Notes: a model not told the origin generated them from the sequence alone. DNA of 58,758 nt, filler included, from Thelocarpon superellum (GCA_026025795.1; 3 parts of 3 records of this genome joined end to end with filler, not necessarily neighbours in it), one strand, 5' to 3'. Counted from the first letter of the whole stretch, positions 1 to 12,206 are shown. Program-made: numbers and translations.

Positions 1-350
1 ACCAGTACACCCACCCACATGTTGCTTTGAGGAGAAGGGAAAGGGAAGAACCAACAACACGGCAAATCTCCACGCTTCCCCGTCCAGGGCTCCGTTTTCG
101 TATGCGTCGTTATAAACCCAAAGAAACACTCGTGAAATGCTCAGTGACGAAGGTCGTACTTTTAGACCAGGTTCAAGAATCAGAGAGAGAAAGCGTCTTG
201 TGTCGGGCCATCATGAAGTCCACTCTGGGAGGATGGACTCGTATCGACAGATTCGAATCGTGCGACCCCGCGTGAGGCCGGCTCCCGCGGCTTGGATCGA
301 GGCTCTTGCGCCGTTCTGGTGTCACGTCTGAAAGACCGCGGCAATGCCGT

Positions 351-3300
351 TCACGGGGTGGCATCTACCGAGGGTGCGGCCTCTTCGGGGATGGTGGCGC
401 AGTAGTTCTTCAGAACTTGTTTCAGCGCAGGTCGTCGGATGGGCTTGGATAAGAAGTAGTTCATGCCGGAATCCATGCCTATCGCGAAATGAGCTTCATC
501 AGATACCGTCGGACGGTCACCAAGTCTACTCACATTCCTTGACGTTGCTTTCTTCGGCAAAGGCTGTCAGGGCAACGATGGGTGCTGAATATCCCATGCT
601 TCGAATGAGTCGCGTGCTCTCGAGACCATCGACGTTCGGCATCTACAGCCATCAGCCACGGGTCGTCTGCCTCGATCCCCCATCTGCCCGCGTTTCCACG
701 TACCTGGATATCCATGAAGATGAGATTGAACAGTCGTTTCTGCTCCATGCTCTCCTTGACCATCTCATATGCTTCCTGACCATCTCGCGCCACCGTGACG
801 TCTGATGCCACAGATTAGCTTGACTCTCGGCACAGCACACGGTCGACGCACCGTAGATATCTTCCAACTTCAGCATGCGCAAGACCACTTCTTGATTAAC
901 CTTGTTATCTTCCGCCACCAGCACCCGCACCTTGTCGCCGGTCTTGGACGCTTCCGCCGTGGCTTGCTCAATCGCAGACAGCTGCTCCGGCGTACCCGGT
1001 GCAGGGGGCGGCGCGAAGAAGGGTTGACTCAGGCCAACGAGGCGTGGTTTCGACGCCGTTTCATAGCTGGAGTTGTTCGTCGTCCCGTTGATGGGAGAAT
1101 TGTTGTTGCTCCGCACCGCGCCCGGCGACAGCGTCGCCCCGCTCTCCAGATTTCGTGGCGTCAAGAGGGGATCGTCTCCCAGTGCCGCGATCGACAGACT
1201 GTCACGTCGCGCATTCTCACGAGGTGCCGAACTCGTAGTGCTGTCCGCCAACTCCTTGGTATATTTGAGAGGAATGCGCATGGTAAAGGTGCTACCGACA
1301 CCCTCCTGGCTGCGCAGATTGATGGTGCCCTTCATCAGCTTCGCCAGCTGGGAACAGATGCTGAGTCCGAGTCCCGTCCCACCGAATTTCTTCGACAGTC
1401 CCAGGTCACCTTGGACGAAGGGTTGGAAGACGCGATCTTGCAGATGCTCCGCAATGCCTGGTCCCGAATCCTCAACCTCAAACTCGAAGAGGAGCGTGCG
1501 CGCGTGCGATAATGTCAGGGAGGCAGGCGGTCCGTCGATGGACGTTTGAGACTGGTGCTTCGACGGTGCCGCCTCCGCTGCTCGCGCCTTGTCCATGTGG
1601 GTTTGAAAGTCGTCGCGCGCCGGCCCCCGACTGGGCGAATCCGACGAGTCCGACAAGGAGATTTGCGCCTCGGCCCGTTTCGACTGCCGTGACGACTGCC
1701 GCTTCGACGCCAACGATCCCCGTTGACTGCCTTCTCGCTCCAGCTCGGCATCGCCCAAGCATTTGATACGAAGCTCGACCGCTTGGCCGGGCGGAGTGAA
1801 TTTGAGGCTGTTGCTGACCAAATTGATGATGACCTGCAGGATGCGATTCTGGTCGCCCCAGAGACACATGTCTCGCACCCGGCCGGTCGCGGGTGGGCCC
1901 ATACCCTTCTCGCCCGCCTGGCCATCGGGGCCGTGGAAGGTGGCGCGGAGACTGATTTTCCCGTCCATGGCCTGCTTGTCAAAGATGCTCAGAATCTGGG
2001 AGCTGATCTCCGACAGCCGGAACTCCTTCTCCTCTAAGCTCAGCTGGCGGCCAATCTCGTTCTTGCTGAAGGTGAGAAGGTCGGTGAGGAGATGCAGGAG
2101 TAAGTCGCCAGACTTGTAGATGATGCCCAGCGAGCGCTTGATCTTGGCCAGGTCCTCTTCCTGCATGCAGATGGCCGTCATGCCCAGAATGCCATTCAGC
2201 GGCGTCTTCAGCTCGTGCGAGATGTTGGCGATGAAGAGCGTCTTGCTCTCATTCGCCGCCTCGGCCGCTTTCTTGCTGATCTCGAGCTCGCGCGTCCGCT
2301 CCTCTACGCGTTCCTCCAGCTTCTCGTATTGCATCATGAGCTCGTCTGACATCTCGTTGAAGGTCTGGGTCAGGTCGGTGAGCTCGTCCTTGATGACGTG
2401 CTTGCCATCTTGCACCTTGGCCGGGATGCGGAAGCTGCGCCGTCGCGCGGCGTCGATCTTCTCGCTCTTGCTCTTCTTCGCCCGGCGCGGCCAGGGCAGG
2501 AAGCGGCTGGCCACGCTGGCCTTCTTCTCGTTGGTCAGGTCCTCTTCGTCGCCACGTATGACGCCTCCCGCCTGGTCCTGCTCGGCCGTGGAGTCACATT
2601 CCGAGCCGTCGGGCGTGAAGCCCGGGGGCTGTATCGACCGCTTGGTCGCCTCGCGGAGACGGCGGATGGGCCGGACGGAGAAGTGGGCGATGGGAAAGAC
2701 AAGGAGCAGGATGGCGCCAACCGTGCCGAAGACGCAGGCGACGAGCACATTGCGCAGGTGCACGATGGGCGCAAATGCTTCGGATTCGTCCTCCTCCATC
2801 AACAGCGCCCAATCACAGAGCATGGTGGCGGGTAAGGCATAGCCGACCGAGACGGAATAACCCTCTTCGTTGGTGGATGAGATGAGGCTGCCGGCGTTGT
2901 TGATAGCCACGTTGTTCTGGGTAAAGACGTCCAGCACGGCGGGATACTGTTTCATGGGGAAGGCAGTGTCAGGTCGGCCGAAGGCACGGCTTCCGTGCCG
3001 GATAGCTCCCGAGATGGCCGGAGTCGGAGCGAGCTCAAAGGAGACCAGAAGGTCCTGCTCGGCGGTGGCGTTGTGCAACACCACGGTCTTGTTACTAGTG
3101 CGCTCGCTCGCCGGAAATCGGTTGTCCGGCGACAGGGGTCCCACCAGCAGGGTCTGGCCGGTCGAGTCTAATCCTTCGGGCGAGTTGATCACGTCGTAGA
3201 TGGTGCGGGCGTTGATGATGACGCTCATATATCCGAGGATGTCGATGGCCGAGGTATTGTTGATGACAGGCACCGTGATCGAGACCAAGGCGAAGCTCTC

Positions 3301-4015
3301 GTTGATTTGAAACGGGCCCAACATCACGGCAGATCCCGGACCCGTAAGGTCGACGTCGAAGACCCGAGCAGTCGACGAGTTGTAGGTAGAATTGACCGTG
3401 GTGTTGGTGTACGTCAGATTCGGGTAGTAGGCCGCCGGGTAGCCCATGCCGACATCACCGAGCATGACGGGCGTGCCGTTGGCGTACCGGTAGGGCAGCG
3501 GGACACCGTCGCCGGCATTAAACTGGCCTGTCACGTTCAGCAGGCTGAAGGGGCCATTGGATCCGGTGCCATTCTTGGGGAAGACCATGGCTTGTAGCAG
3601 GAGGGACCCCTCCCCTCCCGTGCCCAGGCCTGGCTGCACGTCCTGCGCGGCTCGAACCCAGTTTGCCGCAGTGTTGTTATCCTGATCGTTGTACCGTTGG
3701 AGCGCGAGTTGAACGGTCACGCTCTGAGACAAGGATACGGTGGAGGTCTGTAACAGCAGCAGGTTCGACGACAGCTGGGCGGCTTTCAAACTCGCCGTCA
3801 GTGCCAGGCGCGAGGAGCGGATGCCGACGACAAAATTGTAGTTGTTGACCCACTAGCATCGAGCGAATCAGCCTCATCGACAATTGAGCAACGGCAGGAG
3901 AGAGGAGTGGGTGGAGACTGGGTGGCCATACCGTCGCCACCGCGATCGTCGCGAGCGCGATCAGCGAGGTCAGCAGCACCAGCAGGCCCAGCTGCTCTCG
4001 AATAGGGATGCGCAT
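351..4015 (-). CDS. SLN1: Membrane-bound hybrid sensor histidine kinase/response regulator, Sln1/TcsB-like (group VI osmosensor); 5 exons
   Basis: Exons by eye: 4015-3932, 3852-852, 801-704, 642-534, 478-351, all with GT..AG introns. N-terminal TM ([28 protein letters not shown]), second TM ([23 protein letters not shown]), HAMP-like [15 protein letters not shown]-box [19 protein letters not shown]-box [15 protein letters not shown]1/F/G2 boxes [24 protein letters not shown], receiver VLVAEDN..FMDIQMP..SKP. Confidence 0.93.
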
Positions 4016-5715
4016 TGTGGGCGCCGGGTGGGTTTTGACTGAGAGGAGGCCGTCTCACGCGCCGCTCCGCGACGGCGAAGCTCCGAGAGCTTGTCGGGCA
4101 CGCCCAGTTGCCGAGGGTTGCGTCAGCTCGCCACCGGCGAGGAGGCTCGCGCTCGAGGGAGCGCCGGGTCAAAGGGCACACCGCACGGTCGCGGATGAGA
4201 GCGCGGTCCAGGCTTCATGTGCCCTGATACCGCGCCTGGAGATAGGGGGCGCGACCGAGTGGAGGCTTGATGGTTGAGGGTGCTTGCTGCGGACCACGGA
4301 TACGTGCACGACTCCCCCCGGTCGACCACGTTTGTACGCCAATCGGGTGGTGCGAACCAATTCTGACCGTCGGCGAGAACTGAAGGGAGCGAAGGGGACG
4401 GAGGAACGCGGGACCGCCACCGCCGGGGACTGGACGACGACGACGACGAAGGGGAAGAGGAAGAGAAAGAGGGCTCCGATTCTCCCCAGGCTCGACCACT
4501 GCAGCTGCACGAGGTTGCTCTTTTCCAACAAGAGACCCCATGTTCCTAACACTGATCGGCACGCTTGCGTGGCTTGCGTGCTTATTGACTGCACCTATTC
4601 GTCGCTAACGAGGACCGCCGCACTTCCTCGTCGTCCCCCACTGACCTCGGACGGGCGGTGTCACCTCCCCAGGCCCAGTCAAGCCGCAGACGCACTCGAC
4701 GCAAGCGGCTGCTGGCCCGCCAGGACACACGTTCACTACTGACGACTTCGGTGCTCCGTACGATTACCAGTACACCAAACTGGTACAGGAAAGATCTCGT
4801 CAGACGGTCACCTCCGGTCGCCTCTGGTCTCGGAGTGAGCCAGAACCTTCGTCAATCGGAGCCGTCGGGCTCCCACGGGAAGGCCACTCTCACAGCCTCA
4901 CGTCCAGTCATTATTCCAAGAGACCTGTACAAGGCGCCGGTCACATTGGAGAGGAAGATCGGCGTGTGCAACAGCAAGAGCAGGTTGTGTGGCGCCTCGA
5001 CGAGTCGTCTTGTCCTGCAAGTCGGGCGAAGCCCAGGGGACCGGGGGCTAGGCAGCGGAGCGAGCTCGGTTCGGAGCTGACGCGTGCTGGTGACCAATCG
5101 AGCGAGGAGCTAGCGTGCACTATGTGGGTCAGATCCCCATCGACGGCAAGAGGGGAGTTTGAGCAAATGTGCTTGTCCTCATGTCTCCCCTCCCATAGCC
5201 ATAATGTACTACGTTTAATTTGGCACGGATACACACTGCTACAAAGACGGACACGTACGAGTAGAGAGTGCAATACTTCGTAGCGCTGCGCTTATGGAAA
5301 GGACTCGACCTTCACAATAACATCCAGGGCAACACTCCCGTTGTCAGTAGCTATACCAAGGGAAGGTTGGTTCATGTCTACCCTGACACGTTACCTAACC
5401 CAGGGATTCTTTAATGACCCCGTCGTCTGCTCAACACTCGTCAATGCGCGCCTCAGATTGGCATCATGGTGTGGCGCACAGACCCGTCCTCCAAGCCTCA
5501 CTGTCGCTGATTGTTCTTCGCGACTAAAACTTAAACAAGGGAGGACAGCGTGAGTTATTCAGAGTGGCTACACAATAGTTACAATGCGTGTTCAATCCAC
5601 TACGTGCATATATTGGGTCTTCTACGCCTATCCTGCTCTCACTTTCCTCTCCAGGTCCAGGTCAGACAGGTCTTCCAGAATTCAACAGCACAGAGGAAGG
5701 CAGAGACATCCCAAC

Positions 5716-6360
5716 ATGCACTCGGAAACATCTGCGGCCGAAGCTGGTCCCCTGCTAGACGCCTACGCTGCGCTGTCACGCCTGCTCGGAGAGCGTCGCG
5801 ATCGTGTGGTGAAAGACGTACCCTTGGAGGTACAATCACAGGTCACGAACACCTTCTTACGAAGCATCGAGATGGTGGACGACGGCTCCCTGGAGGAGAT
5901 GTATTCCCACTTCGCGCCGTACGCCCCAACAAGTCTCGAGCTGTCCAGCTGGCCGGCTCGATGCATCATCGCCCGCATCGCGCGTGAATTCGACGTCCCG
6001 GTGACTGAAATCATCCATCGCGGTGACGGGTTTCAGCTTGTAGGAGATCTTGATTTGCCAGCCCAGGAGAAGCAGCGACTCCAGGCCATGCTGGATGCGG
6101 CCCCGCCGTGGTTGGCCAACATGGCCGTGATGACGTTGCATTGGCTGACTATTCAGGTTTACAATCAGCTTTACCCATTTCGCGGATCCCTGCTCTCTAC
6201 GCGACTCCCCACACGACGCATCACCATTGAGCAGATTCATTCATGTGCCCGAGTCGCTCTTGGTTGCCTTTGGCTATGTCTGCCCTATGCCCCCGCGACC
6301 GCGCAACTCGCTCGAGACGACCTCAATTATCTGATCGGACGATACTCCTGGGACGAGTAG
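5716..6360 (+). CDS. Hypothetical (orphan) protein, about 214 aa
   Basis: Uninterrupted ORF, open from 5584, with an ATG in CAACATG context at 5716. Globular, helix-like composition unlike the Arg/Pro-rich shadow ORFs elsewhere. No motif recognised. Confidence 0.5.
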   Translation: MHSETSAAEAGPLLDAYAALSRLLGERRDRVVKDVPLEVQSQVTNTFLRSIEMVDDGSLEEMYSHFAPYAPTSLELSSWPARCIIARIAREFDVPVTEIIHRGDGFQLVGDLDLPAQEKQRLQAMLDAAPPWLANMAVMTLHWLTIQVYNQLYPFRGSLLSTRLPTRRITIEQIHSCARVALGCLWLCLPYAPATAQLARDDLNYLIGRYSWDE

Positions 6361-8039
6361 GATCTCGAAAGTTATGGCTCAAGAGCGAGATTGTTGAAAC
6401 TAGACTGCCTGGAGTGAACGATAATATTTTAATAACCCGGAACATCACCAATTGTGGGGATTTGTTCAGAACCCAAATGAGTCACTGGGATGGCGGCAGT
6501 GCGGACTTATGGTATAAACAACATCCTCATACCCAACGCCAGATTTACCACCTTCAATCCTGGACCGACTGCTTCGTCGGCCTTCAGCTGCTGAGATGTC
6601 CGCTGGGATTGGTTTCCTCTATCGCTAACAACTCAACTCGCCAGTGCACCGAGGCCGAAGTTGACACAGCTAGTCCCGAAGCGAGTCGTCTAGAACAGTC
6701 ACACTTGGATGACTTGTCGCGTCTACTCGTAGGGTCAGAAAGACTTCCATGGACTTGGTCATAATCTACCTCGTGCCCTCCTTGGTTGCTTGATTCGATC
6801 CTTGCCTCTAATTACTCCCGGTCCTTGCTTCCTGGGGACGTTACAGCCAGCAGTCTCTCTGCTTGCACATATGCGGTGCGGCAGAGACTGTGCGGGCCTC
6901 ACCTATGTCCGCACGTTTCCCTCGACCCTTCTCGATTTACGCCTCATGCTCCGCTCATGCTTGCTCGACTTGGTCCGACTTGCTCTTCTCATCTCAGACC
7001 GCATACGATAAAGTGAGGCTGCGTTCATCTCTCATGCGGCATCACATGAAGAGAGAGCATGTACTGTTGGACCCCTCCTCATCAGGTATACGACACAAGA
7101 CGTTCACCTTGTTGACCAGGCATCGTCATCGACTTACAAGACCATATCCTCGATGGAGAGCCTCGAAGAGCATTAGAACTGCTCGCGATATGATCGCAAG
7201 TTGCGCGTCTGCGCGTCTACGCGTCTGCAAGCGCGTCCGCCGCCTCCGACCGCGACCTGACGCGCCGGGACGTGTCGGCAGACGTGCATTCGCGTAGGTC
7301 GCTTCGCTCCCGACCATTGGCTCTGGTGCTCGTCCCGCCTCTGGGAAGCCTCCGTCGGTCTTAGCGCACCCTCCACACGGTTGGCGGGAGCGCCCCCGCA
7401 TTGCTGATTGGCTTCGAGAGATGCACTTCGGGTGCTTGCCCCAACCACCCACCGCACAGATGCATGACAGGTCAAGGCCGCTTGGCATTCTCACCCACTG
7501 GACACGCTCCGAATCAGCACCGCTGACCGCCGCGACCGCGCGCCAAAGCGTGTGCGGAGCGTGTCTTGACCGTGTCTTGACCGTGATCAAGCACCATTTC
7601 GTGTCGCTTTTCACTTTCATGCACGCACCCACGAGATCGAGACCGTCTGTCTTGAAACGCTTTCGTCGTTGACTCATACCTCCCACACGTGCCACACGTG
7701 GGGTTTCCTTTTGTGGCGGGGTAGCACAATGTCGGAGGGAATGCCTTATCGTCGAGCATGGCTGCTGCCGGGGAGGGATCGATCGCATCGTTGTATCGTC
7801 TCTGGCCCTCTACATATTTCCCACTGCATCAAACTTGAGTACCTTTGAACGTCATCAAGTTGCATTAAGTCACGTTGAATCGCAACATGGGTTGGAAATC
7901 ATCGATCGCGGGCCACCAGAGCAATGGGGAGCACCGGCGCCAAGAGCGCCGGCAGGTGAGGCACATGTTCGAGGCCTATCGTCAGAAATGCTTGTCCACC
8001 CTGCTCCTGTATCCCACCTTTCGCTCGTCCTCAGTCATC

Positions 8040-9398
8040 ATGACCCTGAGCACGCCCCGCGCGTTGGCCGGGGCCGGGGGCGTGATGCGCGCCTCAGGCT
8101 TTGAGAGCAAACAGCCGGCGACGAGAGCACCGCCGAATCGCCCTCGAGTGCCTCCCTTTCTCTCGTTCTGGACCACTGAAGCCACCCGAAGCCTCTTTCT
8201 TGCCCATTGCGCGCGCGAAGATCTCGCCGCCATGCGTCTGGTATGCCACGATTTCGGGGTGCGCGCCGCCCCTTTCCTCTTTGCCGACCTCACCATCACC
8301 TTCCGCTCCACCACCTTCACACGGCCGGCCCGCGTGGCCGCCTTAAAGCGGATTGGGGCTCATGTGCGTTGTCTCACCTTCCACATGCCGCACACCCTCG
8401 AGACCTTTCTGCCCCCCTTGTTGGATCCGGTGACGGGCGAAGAGCGGACCTTTCACTATGTTCCGCAGTTGCGCTGCCACAATATCTGTGCATCTCGCGA
8501 CGAGGACCTGAAGTATGGATCTTGGCACATGACGGACCTGTTGATCCATCAGTACGGGCCACTGTTCCACGCCGCCACCAACGTGCCCTCCTTCATCCGT
8601 GCCCTCACCGTGATGCCGTGTATCGCTCACCTGAAGGTGGCGTGCCCCGGCCAAGCTCCATCCCACCGCTACCGCCGCAGCGTCGTCGACTATGCCCTCA
8701 TCAGCCTCCGCGTCGCGGTCGAACAGGCACCGCTCACCCGGCTGACGACGTTGTCCTTGCTCCCCATCCATCCCGGCGCCATCCTGTACCTGCGCCCAGG
8801 GTTGGGTTTCGGGACGTCGCCCAACGGCCCCCGACGATGGGCCCAGATCAAGCGATTGGTCATCCACATGGATAGCTGGGAGTTCGACCGGCCAGGCGCT
8901 CCGACCGACCACCTGAAGTTGCTGCACGACTACCTGAGACCCTTTGCGCGGCAGCTGGAGCGACTTTCGTTTCGATGGAAGGGGCACAATGGGCCCTGTC
9001 CACTGACTTTGCCCACGGACCTGGCACGGACCCCCCAGCATGGCCCCGCCCGCGTCCAACCCCTCCACTTTGCACGGCTACGACATCTGGAGCTTGCCAA
9101 CAGCTATGTGCATGCTTCGCAAGTGCACGCGCTCATTGGTCAACATCGACGCACCTTGCGTGAGTGTGATTTGGAGGACATCGCCTTGCGCAGCGGCGAC
9201 TGGGACGAGGCCCTGGCTGTCCTCACCACGTTGAGCGGAAGTGACCGATGGAAGGTCGAGCAAGAGCACGCAACGGAGCGAGTGGTCACCAGGGCCGGAC
9301 GGGATCCCGAACGGGATCGCGAGCGCGGGGATGCGTGGTTTGGAAGTCCCACTCATCTCGACCACTTTCTCCGCCGTTCTATTCTCAGCACAAGTTGA
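8040..9398 (+). CDS. Fungal hypothetical protein with F-box-like N-terminal segment and LRR/RNI-like C-terminal repeats
   Basis: Single long ORF (open 7875-9398; ATG at 8040). F-box-like LFLAHCAREDLAAMRLVCHDF..AAPFLFADLTI, then repeated LxxLxL units (IAHLKV, LTTLSLL, IKRLVI, LERLSFRW, LRHLELAN, LRECDLEDI). Confidence 0.75.
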   Translation: MTLSTPRALAGAGGVMRASGFESKQPATRAPPNRPRVPPFLSFWTTEATRSLFLAHCAREDLAAMRLVCHDFGVRAAPFLFADLTITFRSTTFTRPARVAALKRIGAHVRCLTFHMPHTLETFLPPLLDPVTGEERTFHYVPQLRCHNICASRDEDLKYGSWHMTDLLIHQYGPLFHAATNVPSFIRALTVMPCIAHLKVACPGQAPSHRYRRSVVDYALISLRVAVEQAPLTRLTTLSLLPIHPGAILYLRPGLGFGTSPNGPRRWAQIKRLVIHMDSWEFDRPGAPTDHLKLLHDYLRPFARQLERLSFRWKGHNGPCPLTLPTDLARTPQHGPARVQPLHFARLRHLELANSYVHASQVHALIGQHRRTLRECDLEDIALRSGDWDEALAVLTTLSGSDRWKVEQEHATERVVTRAGRDPERDRERGDAWFGSPTHLDHFLRRSILSTS

Positions 9399-10965
9399 CA
9401 GTAGCCCCGCGCGGTTTCGAGTAGATTCATTCAAACCTTTGCCCCAGCCGTCTGTTCCATTGCTGAGCCTTCCCTTGGCGACGCATCGCCGATACGACCA
9501 TCATGCAGCATGACTCGAGATTCAACGGGTGGGAGAGCGTGACGAGGGGGCAATGCTCTGACGTGCTCTTGAATCCCGCCCGACTCAGCCTGGTGGGACG
9601 AGAGCGCCTCTACCATTGGCCTGCTCGCCCCTAGTTTGTAGCGATGAGGGCCAGTGCAATGCATGCAGGGCGAGGGTTACATCGAGTGGCATAAGCCCGT
9701 CGTTGCTAGGGAAGTCTCTCGGCTGCCACGCCCGCCCGAGCGCGCTGACAACGGTAAGGGCACATCCGTCCATATCGCGCTTGGCGTAGTGTTCGAACCC
9801 ACGACACTTTCTGGTGGGGGCTGGTCAGAGATGATAAAAAGGGAAATGTGGGCGCTTTAGCCAATCGCTGGTCGGGCGGGGAGGACGTGTGCTGCATGTT
9901 TGCCGTGGGACCGATGGTGCGTGTGTCGGCCGGCCATCATGTATCGTACCGTCACCACAGCGTCCTTCGCATGGTATACGTGACGAGACCGGAGAACATC
10001 TCTGGATTCGGCATGATCTCATCGCACACAGCACCATACAATTTTGGTTACATCTACTAAGTTCATCCTCCCATCAGCGATGCCGTCGCGGGATCCGCAG
10101 AGGATCTCTGCCCGTGGCGAGACGTAATTCCGCGACACGCGTAAAGTCGAGCGCACTGAAGGTCTTGGTACTTTTTACGCACGTACGCTCCAAGTGGTGC
10201 GTGCTTGGTACGCACGCACCGTCCCCCCGCAGGTAGACAGTTGCGTGGAGGCGAGGTTGGTCATGGAGCATTGTGCCAAGGGCAGCTACGCAGCGGAGCA
10301 ACGCCGGGTGACATGTCACCAGGCTCCATCAACACACCTCCGTCTCGCAATCCTTGGCCCCGGCCGAGAATTTTCTCAGGCGATGGCGCAAGCTGGGGAA
10401 GGTGTGAACAGAATGACACAGCGCTCGGTGACTGACCTGGACAGCCTTCGGCCAGGGCCGTTGGTGCGCCTTTCTAATTATATCCCGGCCTCGCCAAGGG
10501 CAGCTTGCGCAAGGACTTCGCGAATCAGCGCCCCACTTCGCTCCACCAGAGCGTCTGCTGAACCGGCCCAGGCAGCACTAGCCTAGTAGGGTACCTAGCG
10601 GGGCGGGGCGGGCCTGTACACTCTTCTTTCCACCAGTCCCTACTCGTTCACTAACCTTCACAGCCACCGAGTACCGAGTTGACATACAGACACACGGACC
10701 CAAACATGGCGTCACCGCCGATTATTCAGTCCGCCACCATGGCCTCTAATGCAACCTCGTCAGACAACCCTACCGCTGCTTGGCCTGGCCCGCCCGCCAT
10801 TGGTCACGTCACGGTGTGGACTTGGGCTCGGAGGGTCCGGAGGGTCAGGTTCAGCCCGCACTGGCCCATCAGGCTGGCTGATGCAGTGCCTCCACCATCG
10901 GCTTGAAGGTGACATTTGACGGCTGACCAGCACGGCAGCATGGGTGTCTTTCAATCTCCCCGTGA

Positions 10966-10973
10966 TATATAAA
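10966..10973 (+). promoter_or_regulatory. TATA box upstream of the secreted Thr-rich/collagen-like gene
   Basis: TATATAAA about 240 nt upstream of ATG 11205, followed by a pyrimidine-rich leader. Confidence 0.5.
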
Positions 10974-11204
10974 TCGCGGGGAGGGACGCTGGGGAAGGGT
11001 ATGTCTCCTTTTATCAGAACATTCCCTCGATATTGATATCACGGGTTTGAGCCTCTGCCTCAAGCTGCCGAGCGCGACATTCGTTTGCTCTCATCTGTTC
11101 CATATCATCAGTCTTCCACACTCGCTCCGCTGCGAAATCCATACGTCCCTGTCCCTCCGATTCGACACCCTTGTCTGTCGTTGCCTGGTGATCTCTCGCT
11201 CATC

Positions 11205-12206
11205 ATGCACGTCTCCTTTGCCCTGTTGGCCGCGGCCACAGCCTTTGTCGGCTCTGCGCTGGGCGGGCACGTCGGCGGACTTGCATCCCTATCGAGCCCG
11301 ATCTTGAACACGACCTCCACCGCCACGTACACAACATTCACCACGACCACCGTGTGCCCGGTCACGACAACAAAGACGTCAGGTACAAATGTGCAGGTCC
11401 AGACGACTTATACAACGTCTGTTGTCACCGTGACTAGCTGCCATGGTGGCTGCCCCAAGACCACCCCTAACGGCGGCGCCCCGATCGGGACTGGAGGAGG
11501 CCAAGGGCCCGGGACACCGACCACGACGCCCCCACCTGCTCAGACAACGACCAGCACCTCAGTCGGATTGACCACCATCGTTAAAACCATCACCACCTTC
11601 GTCCCATGCTCGTCTGTGGCTGCAATTTCTGGAACCAAAACCTTCTATTCAACCTCCTTGACCATGAGCCTTTACACCACCACACAGACGTTGGAGACGA
11701 CCTTCCTCACCACCTTCTGTCCCAGCACGACCGCCGTTGCAGCCGGCGCAAGCCCGACCACTGTCGTGGCGCCCGCCGTGCAAGTAACTACCACCTTCGG
11801 TCAGGCTGAGGGCACCTGTCCGCCTGCTGCAACGGTGTACTCGACCATCTTTTCGACCCAGCTTCAGACCGTGACCATCTCAGTGGGACCTGGGAGCGGT
11901 GGCTCTCTCACAACCGTGACTGTTCTCCCCACGCCTGGCGCGCCCGGGTCTCCAGGGTCTCCAGGGTCTCCAGGGTCTCCAGGGTCTCCGGGCTCTCCGG
12001 GCTCCCCAGGGTCTCCAGGATCTCCAGGGTCTCCAGGATCTCCGGGCGCTCCGGGCGCTCCGGGCTCACCGGGCTCACCGGGCTCTCCTGGTTCTCCCGG
12101 CTCCCCCTCCGCCAGTGCCGGTTTACCATCCAAGGGCAATGGTACGGTCGGATACACGCCCCCGAGTGGCGGGCCTAAGGCCACAGGAGTGAAATTGCAC
12201 CCATGA
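11205..12206 (+). CDS. Secreted Ser/Thr-rich cell-surface-type protein with collagen-like Gly-X-Pro tract (333 aa)
   Basis: Signal peptide MHVSFALLAAATAFVGSALG; Thr-rich segments with Cys motifs (TTTTVCPVT, VTSCHGGCP, TFVPCS, TTFCP, GTCPP); 19 consecutive G-S/A-P triplets. Confidence 0.85.
   Translation: MHVSFALLAAATAFVGSALGGHVGGLASLSSPILNTTSTATYTTFTTTTVCPVTTTKTSGTNVQVQTTYTTSVVTVTSCHGGCPKTTPNGGAPIGTGGGQGPGTPTTTPPPAQTTTSTSVGLTTIVKTITTFVPCSSVAAISGTKTFYSTSLTMSLYTTTQTLETTFLTTFCPSTTAVAAGASPTTVVAPAVQVTTTFGQAEGTCPPAATVYSTIFSTQLQTVTISVGPGSGGSLTTVTVLPTPGAPGSPGSPGSPGSPGSPGSPGSPGSPGSPGSPGSPGAPGAPGSPGSPGSPGSPGSPSASAGLPSKGNGTVGYTPPSGGPKATGVKLHP
11937..12107 (+). repeat. Coding 9-bp minisatellite (GGN-TCN/GCN-CCN) x19 encoding (G-S/A-P)19
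   Basis: Read directly: GAP, GSP x11, GAP x2, GSP x5; several perfect gggtctcca units in a row. Confidence 0.95.

Noticed and set aside
805..3597. Many long antisense or alternate-frame ORFs over the kinase (and likewise over other genes)
   Set aside because: Shadow ORFs expected from high GC3 codon bias; no independent motifs.
9492..9545. Short resemblance to fungal 5S rRNA (ATACGACCAT..ACTCGAGAT, plus an inverted CGCTCTCCC)
   Set aside because: Matches are short, one is inverted, the 3' half and terminal stem are absent, and the comparison was from memory; an Rfam scan would settle it.
9782..9800. Pol III A-box/B-box-like string TGGCGTAGTGTTCGAACCC suggesting a tRNA
   Set aside because: The boxes abut with no anticodon arm, and no T-stem or acceptor stem pairs.
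11937..12107. Regular repeat array as CRISPR-like
   Set aside because: 9-bp head-to-tail coding units with no unique spacers, in a eukaryotic gene.
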